Shown here: positions 1-9,702 of the stretch, piece after piece | How positions within the stretch are numbered: position 1 is the stretch's first letter | Layout of the letters: the number at the start of each line of letters is the position of its first letter | Assembly: GCA_022711155.1 (NCBI GenBank) | Contig: JAKLFO010000001.1 | Span: forward strand, 1 to 50,720 | Reading direction: 5' to 3' | Length of the DNA stretch: 50,720 nt | From: Candidatus Bipolaricaulota bacterium | GTDB lineage: Bacteria; Bipolaricaulota; Bipolaricaulia; UBA7950; UBA9294 | Notes under the pieces: generated by a model | What the model saw: only the letters and a program-made list of their open reading frames with translations | What the model was told of the DNA's origin: nothing | Databases searched by the model: none | Program-made: the position numbers and the translations under genes

Positions 1-325
1 CGCCGAGCAACGTCCTCTCTCGTTCCGGATCGAGGCCCCGAGCCGAGACCCAGCCCAGAAGGAAGTCCGCCTCCTGCACTAAGCCGATTCCTCCTGCGTC
101 GCCGCGCAGCATCACGAGGAGCCGCTCCGCCTGGGCGCGCGCATCGGGAAGGCTGGGCGAAAACGCCGCGAACGCAGCCATCGAGAGTGAGAGGCGCATC
201 TTGCCCGCAAAGGCCGTCAGCTGCTGTTCGGGTGAGAGAGCCTGGACACCTTCCTCTGCGCTCCCGAGCGGCCCTACCGCGACAAGCACTCCCAGAAGGA
301 CTACGAGCATGGCAGCAGTCTTCAT
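1..325 (-). CDS. Partial CDS whose 3' end runs off the left edge. Secreted hypothetical protein with a signal peptide.
   Basis: Absent from the ORF track because it is truncated by the window edge. The reverse strand reads GGGAGG, 9 nt, then ATG (complement of 323..325). Translation begins MKTAAMLVVLLGVLVAVGPLGSAEEGVQALSPEQQ... and stays open to position 1. The N-terminus has a typical hydrophobic signal peptide. Confidence 0.5.
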   Translation of the reverse strand, partial: MKTAAMLVVLLGVLVAVGPLGSAEEGVQALSPEQQLTAFAGKMRLSLSMAAFAAFSPSLPDARAQAERLLVMLRGDAGGIGLVQEADFLLGWVSARGLDPERERTLLG

Positions 326-405
326 CGAGCTCAACCTCCCTCCGTCCGACGTCCACGATGCCCTCTGGCTCGACCGACATCCATCGCTCGCCGGTCAACG
401 ACCGG

Positions 406-1314
406 TCAACGGCCGTCGGCCAGGCGATATCCGAACCCAGGCACGGTGACGATCACGTCCTTGCCCTCGGCTCGAACCTCGGCAAGCCGGCGGCGAACCA
501 GGTACACGTACTGCTTGATGTCGCGCGCGTCGGCATAGGCGGAGTCGGGCCACGCGCCCGCGAGGATCTCCGCTTCCGAGAACACGCGACCCGGGTCACT
601 CGCCAAGACGCTGAGGAGCGCGAACTGCTTGGGCGTCAGCCGTAGCGCCGTCCCCGCGTACCACGCCTCGCAACGGGACGGGACGATCACCAGGTCTCCG
701 ATGGTGATCCGGCCAGCGTCCGCGGCGTTCGTCGCAGGCGGCGGCGCCGCGGCGGGCGCACGGCGCGACCGCAGCGCCCACGCGAGAAGCGCGATCACCG
801 CGACGTCGAACGCGAGCCCGCCGCTCACAGCGAGGAGCCCCGTGTGGCGCGTTGCGAGCACGGCGGAGGAGTCATCCACCAGCATCCGCACGACGCCTCC
901 GGCAGGGGAGAGAGAAGTCTCAACGATCAGGCCCCTGTCTCGCTCCTCGCCGTCCGTTCCAGCCCGCAGGAGCACTGCTCCGTTGTCGGCGACGATCTCG
1001 ACGGACCGCACGCTCCCGGCGACGACGAAGCCGGCAAGCGTCTGCGCGACCTCGGTCTCCCCCCGTTCGATCCACGTGCCGGCGGTCGCGGCAAACGCAT
1101 GGGCGTAGGTCGCCGCGCGGTCTCGGAACGCCGAGCGAGTCAGGGCGCCGTACGCATTCAGAAAGAGCACCACGGCCGCCGCCGTACAGACGACCACCCC
1201 GGCGCCCGCCGCCCACAGGACACGCCTGCCCTCCCGCCACCGCGCTTTCACGGCGAAAGGGTAGGGCTCCCTCCGGCGGCCGGCAAGGCGTGCGACCGGC
1301 CATTGACCCATCAC
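406..1314 (-). CDS. Membrane-anchored transcriptional regulator with two TM helices, an extracytoplasmic loop domain and a C-terminal OmpR/PhoB-type winged-helix DNA-binding domain.
   Basis: TM1 is VLWAAGAGVVVCTAAAVVLFLNAY and TM2 is LLAVSGGLAFDVAVIALLAWAL. The C-terminus (LRLTPKQFALLSVLASDPGRVFSEAEIL...YVYLVRRRLA...IVTVPGFGYRLA) matches the Trans_reg_C pattern. No receiver domain is present. Confidence 0.8.
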   Translation of the reverse strand: MMGQWPVARLAGRRREPYPFAVKARWREGRRVLWAAGAGVVVCTAAAVVLFLNAYGALTRSAFRDRAATYAHAFAATAGTWIERGETEVAQTLAGFVVAGSVRSVEIVADNGAVLLRAGTDGEERDRGLIVETSLSPAGGVVRMLVDDSSAVLATRHTGLLAVSGGLAFDVAVIALLAWALRSRRAPAAAPPPATNAADAGRITIGDLVIVPSRCEAWYAGTALRLTPKQFALLSVLASDPGRVFSEAEILAGAWPDSAYADARDIKQYVYLVRRRLAEVRAEGKDVIVTVPGFGYRLADGR

Positions 1315-1399
1315 TGACCGGATACCGATTCCAACGCGACGCCCGCCCGGCTACGGTCCTCGCGGCGTTCGTCCCACTCACCGAGCGCCAGGAGGAACC

Positions 1400-2056
1400 A
1401 TGCATGTGAAGACGTTCGTGAAGTTCGTGGCCCTCGCGGCCGCCCTGGTCCTGCTCGTCGCCCTGCCGTGCTTGGCCGACGAGGCTCCCGCGCCCGCGGA
1501 GAAGCCGGCCCCGCTCGAGGTCACGCTCGCCCGCCTCAACGAACTCCTGGCGCGCCTCGGCGCCGACCTCGACGCGGTCGACCGTCCGGTTGCGGAACGC
1601 CTCGGCGAGCGCGTCGACGAGGCCGCTCAGCTCGTGGCCGACCTCGTCTCCGCCATGGAAGACTCGAGCGAAGGCACGCGCGCACTGGCCGTCCGATTGG
1701 ACCTCACGCTGCACCGGCTCGTCGCCCTCCTCGAGCAGGTGATCGGTGACCCGCGGGAACGCCCCGAGCGTGGGCGGGCCCGCGGCACGCTCGACGAGCT
1801 GCGCGCGTGGGTCGACGGCTACGTGGCCGGTGCGACCACGGGCATGAGCGCGCGGGAGGCCGAGCGTTTCAGCCGCGCGGCGCACGACCTCGCCCGTGCA
1901 CTGGCGGCCCAGATGGCGAAGGTCGCGCAGAGGGCCGAGCTCCCAGCACAGAGCCAGCCCACCCTGCCGGGACTCGTCGCGCGGCTCGATGCCCTCGTTG
2001 CGAGGCTCGACCAGATCCTGCTCGATCGCGCTAGTGCGCCGGAGCCCGAGTCCTAA
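1400..2056 (+). CDS. Secreted alanine/leucine/arginine-rich helical hypothetical protein.
   Basis: AGGAGG lies 4 nt upstream of the ATG. The signal peptide is MHVKTFVKFVALAAALVLLVALPCLADE. There is no recognisable catalytic motif. Confidence 0.7.
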   Translation: MHVKTFVKFVALAAALVLLVALPCLADEAPAPAEKPAPLEVTLARLNELLARLGADLDAVDRPVAERLGERVDEAAQLVADLVSAMEDSSEGTRALAVRLDLTLHRLVALLEQVIGDPRERPERGRARGTLDELRAWVDGYVAGATTGMSAREAERFSRAAHDLARALAAQMAKVAQRAELPAQSQPTLPGLVARLDALVARLDQILLDRASAPEPES

Positions 2057-2063
2057 GAGAAGA

Positions 2064-2087
2064 GGGGTGGGCCGCCGGGCCCACCCC
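2064..2087. terminator. Bidirectional intrinsic terminator hairpin between convergent genes.
   Basis: GGGGTGGGCC (2064-2073), loop GCCG, then GGCCCACCCC (2078-2087) form a perfect 10-bp stem. It is followed by TTT on the + strand and by TCTTCTCTT on the - strand. Confidence 0.7.
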
Positions 2088-2116
2088 TTTCATTCCGTCT
2101 CTTGCGACGAGCCCGA

Positions 2117-3583
2117 CTAGGCCGCCGCGCGCAGGAACCGCCCCACATCGTCGCGGAATGCCTTCAGGCAGCCCGTGTCGAGGTAGAACATGTGCCCGGA
2201 CTCGTAGTAGACGATGTCGACGTTCGCCCGCAGTTTCGCGTCCGCGTTCATGTGGCTGACCATGTACTCGGTCGCGAACAGCGGCGTCGCGAGGTCGTAG
2301 TAGCCTTGCGCGAACAGGACTTTCATGAACGGGTTCCTGGCAAGCGCGGCCCGGACCTCTTCGCTCGTCGCCGGCAGCTCACCGTTCTCCCATGTCCATT
2401 TCTCGTTCACCGGGCCGCTCATCACCTCGTAGACGAGATCCGTCTCGATGCCGAGCTCCGATCGCACGTAGTGGTTGAGTGCCGCCGCGTACGGCGGCGT
2501 GATCGCGGCCATCGACGCGTCGAACTCCGGGCGCTCGGTGACCGCCAAGGCTTCGACCCCCTCGAAGCGAGAGTCGATGCGCCCGACGCTCCGGCGCTCG
2601 TCGCGCCGGAGCTCCTTGCAGAATCGGAAGATGTCGACGCGCAGGTTCGTCCCCAGCACGTAGTCGACGTCAAGGCCCGTGTACTCGGCGAGTTTCCTCG
2701 CGACGGACTTTCGCTCCGCGTCGTCGAGCCGGTCTCCCTTCATCAGCGCGGGAGCCAGCTTGGCCTCGATCCACGCCTTCACGTCCTGGGTGAACTCGGC
2801 GATCGGCTTCGCCAAGAGCGCGGGCGAGAGCTTCTTGTGATACCAAGCGGTGGCTGCGTAGGTCGGCACGAACAGCGCGTACGGAAGATCGTTCGCTCGT
2901 CCGAAGTGGAACGAGTGGAAGTCGAGGGCCGACGAGATGAGAAGAATCCCATTGAAGGCAATCCCCAGATCGATCAGATAGCCCGCGAGGCCTGCGGCGC
3001 GCGTCGTTCCGTAGCTCTCGCCCGCAAGGAAGAGCGGCGACGTCCAGCGCCGATAGCGGGACAAGTAGAGGCGAATGAACTCGCCGACCGATTCGATGTC
3101 GCCCTTGTAGCTCCAGAACTTCTTGTCCAGATCTTCCTTCGCCGCGCGGCTGTAGCCGGTCCCGACCGGGTCGACAAACACGAGGTCGGTCTGATCGAGC
3201 CAGGTAAGCGGGTTGTCCTCGTAGCGGAACGGCGGCTTCGGCATCCAGCCCTCGTCCTCCATCGCCACGCGTTTCGGGCCCAACGCGCCCATGTGGAGCC
3301 AGATCGACGACGAGCCCGGCCCGCCGTTGAATGCGAACGTGAGGGGACGCGCGGCGCGATCCTTGACTCCCTCGAGTTCGTAGGCCATGAAGAAGATCTC
3401 GGCCTCTGTCTCGTCGAACGGATCCTTGAGCGGGAGGACGCCGGCGCGCGCCGTGTACTTGAGCGTTCGCCCTCCCACGGACATCTCATGGTGTGTCTCG
3501 ATCGGCGCGATACCGAGAAGTCTGCGGCGCTTCTCCTTCGGCTCCTCGCTCTTCTTCACGTCGGTCCTCGTCTCGTCGGCCAT
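2117..3583 (-). CDS. Serine carboxypeptidase, peptidase family S10.
   Basis: Motifs seen are FNGGPGSSS, the nucleophile motif LAGESYG and a C-terminal YESGHMF. AAGGAG lies 7 nt upstream of the ATG. No obvious signal peptide is present. Confidence 0.85.
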   Translation of the reverse strand: MADETRTDVKKSEEPKEKRRRLLGIAPIETHHEMSVGGRTLKYTARAGVLPLKDPFDETEAEIFFMAYELEGVKDRAARPLTFAFNGGPGSSSIWLHMGALGPKRVAMEDEGWMPKPPFRYEDNPLTWLDQTDLVFVDPVGTGYSRAAKEDLDKKFWSYKGDIESVGEFIRLYLSRYRRWTSPLFLAGESYGTTRAAGLAGYLIDLGIAFNGILLISSALDFHSFHFGRANDLPYALFVPTYAATAWYHKKLSPALLAKPIAEFTQDVKAWIEAKLAPALMKGDRLDDAERKSVARKLAEYTGLDVDYVLGTNLRVDIFRFCKELRRDERRSVGRIDSRFEGVEALAVTERPEFDASMAAITPPYAAALNHYVRSELGIETDLVYEVMSGPVNEKWTWENGELPATSEEVRAALARNPFMKVLFAQGYYDLATPLFATEYMVSHMNADAKLRANVDIVYYESGHMFYLDTGCLKAFRDDVGRFLRAAA

Positions 3584-3643
3584 GCTCGCTCCTTGGATTG
3601 CGTGGAAGTGACGGGCGCATTGTACCGGCTCGTCCAGCGGCGA

Positions 3644-5407
3644 TCAGTCCGCCGCTGCGGGCGCCTGGCTCACGCCTTGGGCCGCGTGGAGGGCCGCGTA
3701 GACAGCCCCTGATGCGATCAGCTGTTCGTGCGTCCCTTCTTCTACGATTCGCCCCTCATCCACGACGAGGATCCGGTCGGCCGCGCGGACGGTCGAGAGG
3801 CGATGCGCCACTGCCAGCGTCGTTCTCCCCTTCATCAGGACTTCGAGCGCGCTCTGCACAAGACGCTCTGACTCCGCGTCGAGCGCCGAGGTGGCTTCGT
3901 CGAGAAGCAGGATCGGCGCGTCCTTGAGGAGAGCTCTGGCGATCGCGACGCGCTGGCGCTCGCCCCCGGAGAGCTTGGTCCCGCGCTCTCCGACCTTCGT
4001 CTGGTAGCCGTCGGGCTGTCCGAGGATGAACTCGTGAGCGTGAGCAGCCGTCGCCGCTCGCACGACTTCCTCGTGGGAAGCGCCCGCACGCCCCATGGCG
4101 ATGTTCTCCTCGATTGTCCCGTCGAACAGGTAAGCATCCTGCGGCACATAGGCAATCGCGCCGCGAACGCGCGCGAGGTCCGCCGTGCGCAGATCCATCC
4201 CGCACACGCGAATCTCGCCCGCGTAGTCGGGATACAACCCGAGTAGGAGCTTCGCGAGCGTCGACTTCCCGCCCCCGCTCGGCCCGACCAGCGCCACGAC
4301 CTCTCCCTCGTGCACGGCGAAGCTCACCGCGCAGAGAGCTGCCCGTCGATCCACGTCCGGCGTGTAGCAGAAGCTCACGCCCCGGAGCGAGACAACCTCG
4401 GCGCCCGTCGGCGGAAGTCGACCGGGTAGGCCTTCTCGCTCGAACGACTCGTCGAGGATCCCGAACACCCTCACGGAGCCGGCGATTCCCTTCTGGATCC
4501 CTGTGAGGAACTGCCCCAGAGATTGGAAGAGCCACGTCGCGTTCCCTTGCACGCGAATGACCGCCCAGACTGCCCCGACCAGGATCTCGCCGTTGCGGAA
4601 GAGCACGAGGGCCAACGCCAAGAGCCCGAGCGATTGGCCCCAGCCGAGAAGCCCCTGCGCCGCGTCAAACGCAGCTTGCGCTCTTGCCTGGGCGATCTTC
4701 CGTGCCGCGACGTCCGCCGATGCCGCGCGGTACGCCGCGTGGACCTGCTCCTCGCGCCCGAGCATGCGCGTCACGGAGAGACCGGCGAGGAGGTCGGAGA
4801 GCCGCTCGGTCATCCGGCCGAGCGCCGCCTGAACGGCCTCGCCCCGGCGGCGCAGGACCCGGGTCGCCGGAACGCTCAGCCCCAGGAGCGAGAAGCCGAG
4901 CGCGAGGCCGATCAGCCCGAGCTTCCAGGAGAGAGCGAACATGATCCCAAAGCCGATGACGCCCATGAACACCGCTGCAGAGAGGTCGGACAGCCCGTTC
5001 AGAAGGTTGAACGCCGCATCCAGGTCATTGGTCATGCGCGAGATCAGGTCTCCACTGTGCACGCCCTCAACCCGTGGCAATGGGAGACCGACGACTTTCG
5101 CAAACAGCTTCTCGCGCACCGCCGTCTTGCTCTGATAGAGGGCGACCGCGTGCAGGTACTGGGCGAAGGCTCCGAGAGGCAGTCCGAACGCGAAGGTACC
5201 GACCGCGAGCGCGACGCCGCGCAGGAGGAGGCTCATGTTCCCGGCCGTCGAGGCGTTCATCACGTCCTGGAACACGAGGGCCATCACCAGGTTAAAGCAG
5301 AACGAGATCGTCAGCCCCCACACGACGAGGGCCGCCGCGTACGTCGGGAAGTGTCTTCCCGTCAGGGACAACGCGCGGGCAAGAGCGCGGTCGCCGAGTC
5401 GCTTCAT
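3644..5407 (-). CDS. ABC exporter, fused permease and ATPase (MsbA/MdlB type), half 2 of a heterodimer.
   Basis: The real start is MKRLGDRALA (ATG is the complement of 5405..5407). The track ORF up to 5959 is an out-of-frame extension over the upstream gene. Walker A is GPSGGGKST, the signature is LSGGERQR, Walker B is ILLLDEATSALD and the H-loop is VAHRL. Confidence 0.9.
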   Translation of the reverse strand: MKRLGDRALARALSLTGRHFPTYAAALVVWGLTISFCFNLVMALVFQDVMNASTAGNMSLLLRGVALAVGTFAFGLPLGAFAQYLHAVALYQSKTAVREKLFAKVVGLPLPRVEGVHSGDLISRMTNDLDAAFNLLNGLSDLSAAVFMGVIGFGIMFALSWKLGLIGLALGFSLLGLSVPATRVLRRRGEAVQAALGRMTERLSDLLAGLSVTRMLGREEQVHAAYRAASADVAARKIAQARAQAAFDAAQGLLGWGQSLGLLALALVLFRNGEILVGAVWAVIRVQGNATWLFQSLGQFLTGIQKGIAGSVRVFGILDESFEREGLPGRLPPTGAEVVSLRGVSFCYTPDVDRRAALCAVSFAVHEGEVVALVGPSGGGKSTLAKLLLGLYPDYAGEIRVCGMDLRTADLARVRGAIAYVPQDAYLFDGTIEENIAMGRAGASHEEVVRAATAAHAHEFILGQPDGYQTKVGERGTKLSGGERQRVAIARALLKDAPILLLDEATSALDAESERLVQSALEVLMKGRTTLAVAHRLSTVRAADRILVVDEGRIVEEGTHEQLIASGAVYAALHAAQGVSQAPAAAD

Positions 5408-5408
5408 C

Positions 5409-7166
5409 TCATGCCTCCGCCGCGGCCTGCGCCTGCTGCTCGTAGAGCCGCCGATAGATCGTGTCCGCCTCAAGCAGGCTCGCGTGCGTGCCTCGCTCGC
5501 AGATCCCCCCGTCGGCGAGAACAATGATCTCGTCCGCATCCCGTAGTGCGGACAGTCTGTGCGAGACGACAAGGGTCGTTCGGCCCTTCGCCAAGCGACG
5601 CACAGCGTCGAGCACGCGCGCTTCGGACTCGGTGTCGAGGGAGGCCGTGGGCTCGTCGAGCAAGAGGATCGGAGCATCTCTGAGGAACGCACGCGCGAGG
5701 CCGATGCGCTGCTTTTCTCCACCCGACAACCGATGGCCGAGCTCGCCGGCCGGCGTGTCGTAGCCCTGTGGTAAGGCCTCGATGAAGTCGTGCGCGTTCG
5801 CGGCACGCGCCGCGGCAAGGACATCCTCCCGCGACGCGTCAGGCCTGGCCATTCTGATGTTCTCCGCGATGGATCCGGGGAAGAGGTGCGTATCTTGCGC
5901 GACGAGCGAGATTCGCGAGCGGAGCGAGGTGAGATCGGCCTCGGAGATCGGTTCACCAAGGACGCGGATCTCCCCCTCCCTCGGCTCGTAGAGCCCGCAC
6001 GTGAGGCGGAGGATCGTGCTCTTCCCGCACCCGCTTCCGCCCACGAGTCCCACCGTGCGCCCGGCGGGCACGTGGAAAGAGAGCCGCGAGAGCACGTCGC
6101 GGCCCTCTCCGTACGCGAACGTCACGGCTCGAAACTCCACGGCGCCGTCGCACGACGCCATGGGAACGGCCCGTCCCCCCCGCCGCTCGGCCGGCGAATC
6201 GAGGATCTCATAGCACCGCGCAAGAGCCGGACTGGCCTCGCGGAGCTCGCGGATCCAGCCGAGGAAGGCCTCGAGCGGCAGAAACACATACCAGATCAAG
6301 AGGTCAAACGCCAGGAGGGTTCCGAGCGATATCTCGCCGCGAAACGCCATGTACCCGCCGTACAGCGGAACGATCAGTTGAGGGATGTAGCGGAGCATGA
6401 GGAACGGAACCCAAGCGAGGATGCCCTTCTTCCTGTTCTCCATGCCGTGACGCTCAAGGGCCTTCGCTAGAGTGCGATAGTGCTCGGCGAGCACCTTCTG
6501 CAGATTGAAGGCGCGTACAATCGGCGCGCCACGGATCGCGTCCTGTGTTGCCGCGGTAGTCGCCGCAAGGGACTCCATCGCCTTCATCGAGTGACGCTGC
6601 ATCGGGCGCACGACGCGCTCGAACACGAGCAGCGAGATGGGCATCAACGCGCACGTGACGAGGGTCAGCTTTGGGCTGAGGACGACCATGAAGGCAAGTC
6701 CCCCGACGAACTGCAACGGCTGATACAGGTAGTCTGGAGCGCGCCGCAAGATCGCCTCGCACGAGTCGAGGTCGCTGCTCAGCCGCGACACGAGGTCGCC
6801 CGAGTGATACCGCTCAAGCGTCGCCGGCGGCAGGGCTTGAACGTGCGACGACATGCGGTCCCGCAGGTCACGCAGAGTGAGGGCAGACAGCGTGGCCATC
6901 GAGACGCTCTTGGCGTAGCCGAACCCGGCGTCGATCAGGGCCACGCCGAGCGAGGCCGCCATCAAGCCGAGAACCCACCGCATGTTGCCGGCCATAGCGG
7001 AGTCGGTGATGGCGCGCGTAAAGTACGGACCCGAGAAGGCCACCACGGCCGCCATCCCTGTCGATGCCGCCGCCGCGGCAACCCAGCTGCGATGCGGACG
7101 CAGTCGGCCGAGAACCCTCGCGAGGAGCTTCCACTCGATTCGCTTTGCCCGGCGGGCCTCATCCAT
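5409..7166 (-). CDS. ABC exporter, fused permease and ATPase, half 1 of a heterodimer.
   Basis: I placed the start at MDEARRAK because GGGAGG lies 6 nt upstream. Walker A is GGSGCGKST, the signature is LSGGEKQR, Walker B is ILLLDEPTASLD and the H-loop is VSHRL. Its stop lies 1 nt before the next start. Confidence 0.9.
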   Translation of the reverse strand: MDEARRAKRIEWKLLARVLGRLRPHRSWVAAAAASTGMAAVVAFSGPYFTRAITDSAMAGNMRWVLGLMAASLGVALIDAGFGYAKSVSMATLSALTLRDLRDRMSSHVQALPPATLERYHSGDLVSRLSSDLDSCEAILRRAPDYLYQPLQFVGGLAFMVVLSPKLTLVTCALMPISLLVFERVVRPMQRHSMKAMESLAATTAATQDAIRGAPIVRAFNLQKVLAEHYRTLAKALERHGMENRKKGILAWVPFLMLRYIPQLIVPLYGGYMAFRGEISLGTLLAFDLLIWYVFLPLEAFLGWIRELREASPALARCYEILDSPAERRGGRAVPMASCDGAVEFRAVTFAYGEGRDVLSRLSFHVPAGRTVGLVGGSGCGKSTILRLTCGLYEPREGEIRVLGEPISEADLTSLRSRISLVAQDTHLFPGSIAENIRMARPDASREDVLAAARAANAHDFIEALPQGYDTPAGELGHRLSGGEKQRIGLARAFLRDAPILLLDEPTASLDTESEARVLDAVRRLAKGRTTLVVSHRLSALRDADEIIVLADGGICERGTHASLLEADTIYRRLYEQQAQAAAEA

Positions 7167-7539
7167 CCCAGACCTCCCTGCGCGACACACTGTTCTACGG
7201 ATGAGTGAGCGAACCGAATTGGATGGTTCAATGGGGCGAGGACGTCTTCGGGACGCAGAATAGAAGACCTTTAGGGCTCACACGGAGGATGCAGCGTGCC
7301 GCGCCTCTCTAGGGCGTACCGACTGGCTCGATGCAGGATCGAGCTCTCCGCAATCACGGAAGCGGCCCGGCCAAACGCGGCGGCTTCTGCGGAGGGAATC
7401 CCCCGCCTCAGCGGAGTCGCCAAGGGCGCGTCCGACGCGGGGCAGTGCGCTCGAGGTGCGACGCGCAGAACCCTGGGCATCGAGAAAAGACCGGCGGGAC
7501 CGGGGCGGCTGTCTTGCCGGGCGCTCGCCGCACCTGAGG

Positions 7540-7863
7540 TCAGAAGATCAAGCGGAACATCCGCAGGAGGGGAAGCCAGAGCATGCTCAGGCCGCCGACG
7601 ACGATTCCCGCCACAGCGAGGCGCCTATCTCCGTCCTTGAGCCCGCAGAATCCGAAGACCACGGCCGCGGCCCCGAGCGCGAACCCGAACGCGACAAGGG
7701 ACGAGAACCAGCAGGGCCAGGACAGAGCCGACAGGATGAAGGCCATCGCTCCGTAGTGGTGCGCCGCCTCGTGAGATCCGTGGCGCTCGCCGACCGGGCG
7801 ACCGCACGCCGCACACTCCACCACGCCGGAGGCCAGTTCCTTGCCACAGTCCACGCAGTACAT
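7540..7863 (-). CDS. Small membrane protein with an N-terminal zinc ribbon and a DUF4190-like glycine/alanine-rich TM pair.
   Basis: The zinc ribbon is MYCVDCGKEL...CAACGRPV (CxxC-x11-CxxC). Two hydrophobic helices follow. GAGGTGG lies 6 nt upstream of the ATG. Confidence 0.7.
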   Translation of the reverse strand: MYCVDCGKELASGVVECAACGRPVGERHGSHEAAHHYGAMAFILSALSWPCWFSSLVAFGFALGAAAVVFGFCGLKDGDRRLAVAGIVVGGLSMLWLPLLRMFRLIF

Positions 7864-7882
7864 GACGGACCACCTCGGACGG

Positions 7883-7910
7883 AGTATAACACCTTTCCGC
7901 CTCTTTGCAC
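7883..7910 (-). promoter_or_regulatory. Candidate sigma70-like promoter for the zinc-ribbon gene.
   Basis: On the - strand the sequence reads GTGCAA, 16 nt, then TATACT, inside a local AT-rich patch of otherwise GC-rich DNA. The -35 match is weak. Confidence 0.3.
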
Positions 7911-8048
7911 ATATCTCTTCTTCTCCACCACGCTACTTCCCTGTGCCCCTTCGGCGGAGGCGTTGCGATGCTCGGAAGGCCGGTGATCCGTGGCCAAACA
8001 AGGTCGGGTAACGGCGACGGGTCGGTGGCGCCGTCCTGCGCTCAGTCC

Positions 8049-9581
8049 TCACGCCTCCGTCGTCAGGAACTGCTTCCCGTCCTCTTTGCACAGGATCTGG
8101 ACGGCGTCGCGGGCGGTGGACACGGCCGGCGGCAGGCCACCGCCGGGCGCGACCCACTGGCCGACCATGCGGAAGTTCCGCAGACCGGGCAACGTGGTGG
8201 GCAGTCCCTTGCCGAGCGATGCTCCCGTCAGCAGCCAGCCTTCATAGCTGGCGCGCCAGTTGCCCGTGTAGCGCTCCCAGGTCATGGGCGTCGCGACGTC
8301 GATCATCTCAACCTTGGACCGAGTGCCCGGCAGGCGCTGGGCGATCGCGTCGAGGACGCGCTCCCCTGCCAGGCTCTTCTCGGCCCGGTAGCGGACGGGG
8401 TCGAGCGAGTGCGCCTTCCAGCGGTCGTAATCCGAGCTGATCATGACCACGATCACGGTCTTTCCGGCCGGTGCGAGGGTGGGGTCGTAGTTGTAGACGT
8501 TCATCGACAAGCGGTCGCGCACCTTCCCGTCGATCTCGACCTTGGGCTCGAGCGGAAAACTGATCCCGGATGAGACCTGAGGGACGTCCGGGAGCGGGTC
8601 GGCGACGCCGATGCCGACGTAGAGAAGCGGCGGGAATGGCGTCATTCCGCCTTCGTACGGGCCGCGGATCGCATCGTTCGCGTACTTGCCGCCGAGCAGG
8701 TCGAAGATGGTCGAGTGCCCATCGGCGGCGGAGATCACGATGTCGGCCTCATGCTCGCTCCCATCGGCGAGGCGGACGCCGACGGCACGGTCGTCCTCCA
8801 CGAGGACTCTCTCGACCCGCGCTCCGTACTTCACCTCTCCTCCCAAACCGAGGAAGCGCCTCTCGATGTTCCGCGCAAAGGGTAGGGAGCCGCCGAGCGG
8901 GTACCCGGCTGTCTTCTGGTGCTGCCAGGAGAGGGGCATCATGAGCCCGAGCATGGGGAAAGATCCCATCTCGCCGGTCATGCTCGCGAAGGCCCTCTTC
9001 AGGGCGGGGCTCTCCAGGCGCTTGGCGAAGTCCTCGACGGTCACCTTGCGCCACTTCAGGAAGGCCGGGCCTAGAGGCGCCATGCGAAGGAACATCGCGA
9101 GCTTGTCCCACGGCGTGTACAGCGCGGCTGCCTTGTCGAGGGGCATGTCGAAGCGCGTGAGCTTGCGTATGCCGTTCGTGAACTCACGAATCAGCGCCCC
9201 GTCCTCCGGCCCGAGTTCGAGGAGGTGCCGCTCGAGTCGGTCGACGTCGCGATAGAAGACGAGCGCCGGGCCGTCCTTGCACTCGATCCGCATGAACTCG
9301 TCGAGATCGATGACCTGCGAGCCCGCGAGCGCGCCCACTTCCTTCCACAGCTTGTGGTATCCGGAGCCGGGACCCGACCCGACGAGCCAGTGGATGCAGC
9401 TGTCAATCGTGTACCCGTTCCGATGCCACGCGGTACACACGCCGCCGGGGAGGCTGTGCATCTCGAAGATCGTCGCCTTGTACCCGTTCATCCGGGCGTA
9501 GCAGCCCGCACACAGCCCGGCGATGCCCCCGCCGATGATGGCCACCGACTTTCGTTCACTGTCTCTCTGCCCACCTGCCAT
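8049..9581 (-). CDS. NAD(P)/FAD-dependent oxidoreductase of the phytoene-desaturase (CrtI, COG1233) family.
   Basis: The start is MAGGQRDSERKSVAIIGGGIAGLCAG, with GGAGG 6 nt upstream. A GxGxxG dinucleotide fold is present. The track ORF up to 9773 is an N-terminal over-extension. Confidence 0.85.
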   Translation of the reverse strand: MAGGQRDSERKSVAIIGGGIAGLCAGCYARMNGYKATIFEMHSLPGGVCTAWHRNGYTIDSCIHWLVGSGPGSGYHKLWKEVGALAGSQVIDLDEFMRIECKDGPALVFYRDVDRLERHLLELGPEDGALIREFTNGIRKLTRFDMPLDKAAALYTPWDKLAMFLRMAPLGPAFLKWRKVTVEDFAKRLESPALKRAFASMTGEMGSFPMLGLMMPLSWQHQKTAGYPLGGSLPFARNIERRFLGLGGEVKYGARVERVLVEDDRAVGVRLADGSEHEADIVISAADGHSTIFDLLGGKYANDAIRGPYEGGMTPFPPLLYVGIGVADPLPDVPQVSSGISFPLEPKVEIDGKVRDRLSMNVYNYDPTLAPAGKTVIVVMISSDYDRWKAHSLDPVRYRAEKSLAGERVLDAIAQRLPGTRSKVEMIDVATPMTWERYTGNWRASYEGWLLTGASLGKGLPTTLPGLRNFRMVGQWVAPGGGLPPAVSTARDAVQILCKEDGKQFLTTEA

Positions 9582-9639
9582 GGCGCCCCTCCTTCGCGAG
9601 ACGTGTGAGCCTAGCGAACGGACGAGCAACGAACAAGGA

Positions 9640-9665
9640 GGGGCCCTGCGTTTCCGCAGGGCCCC
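9640..9665 (-). terminator. Intrinsic terminator hairpin downstream of the flotillin gene.
   Basis: GGGGCCCTGCG, a 4-nt loop and CGCAGGGCCCC form a perfect 11-bp stem. On the - strand it is followed by TCCTTGTT. Confidence 0.6.
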
Positions 9666-9702
9666 ACAGTCGCTTGTTCTCCACTTGCGCGGGAGCTCTC
9701 GG

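Noticed and set aside
2102-3712. A 536-aa plus-strand ORF.
   Set aside because: It is antisense to the S10 carboxypeptidase gene, which has GESYG and other family motifs. Its composition is arginine/valine/glutamate/aspartate-rich and repetitive.
7191-7539. ORFs 7296..7640, 7331..7537 and 7271..7480 in the 349-nt region upstream of the ABC exporter operon, plus a possible terminator near 7480-7515.
   Set aside because: The translations are arginine/alanine/glycine-rich with no RBS. The candidate hairpin has only a 5-bp stem with a loop of about 20 nt. The region probably holds the exporter promoter, but I could not identify convincing elements.
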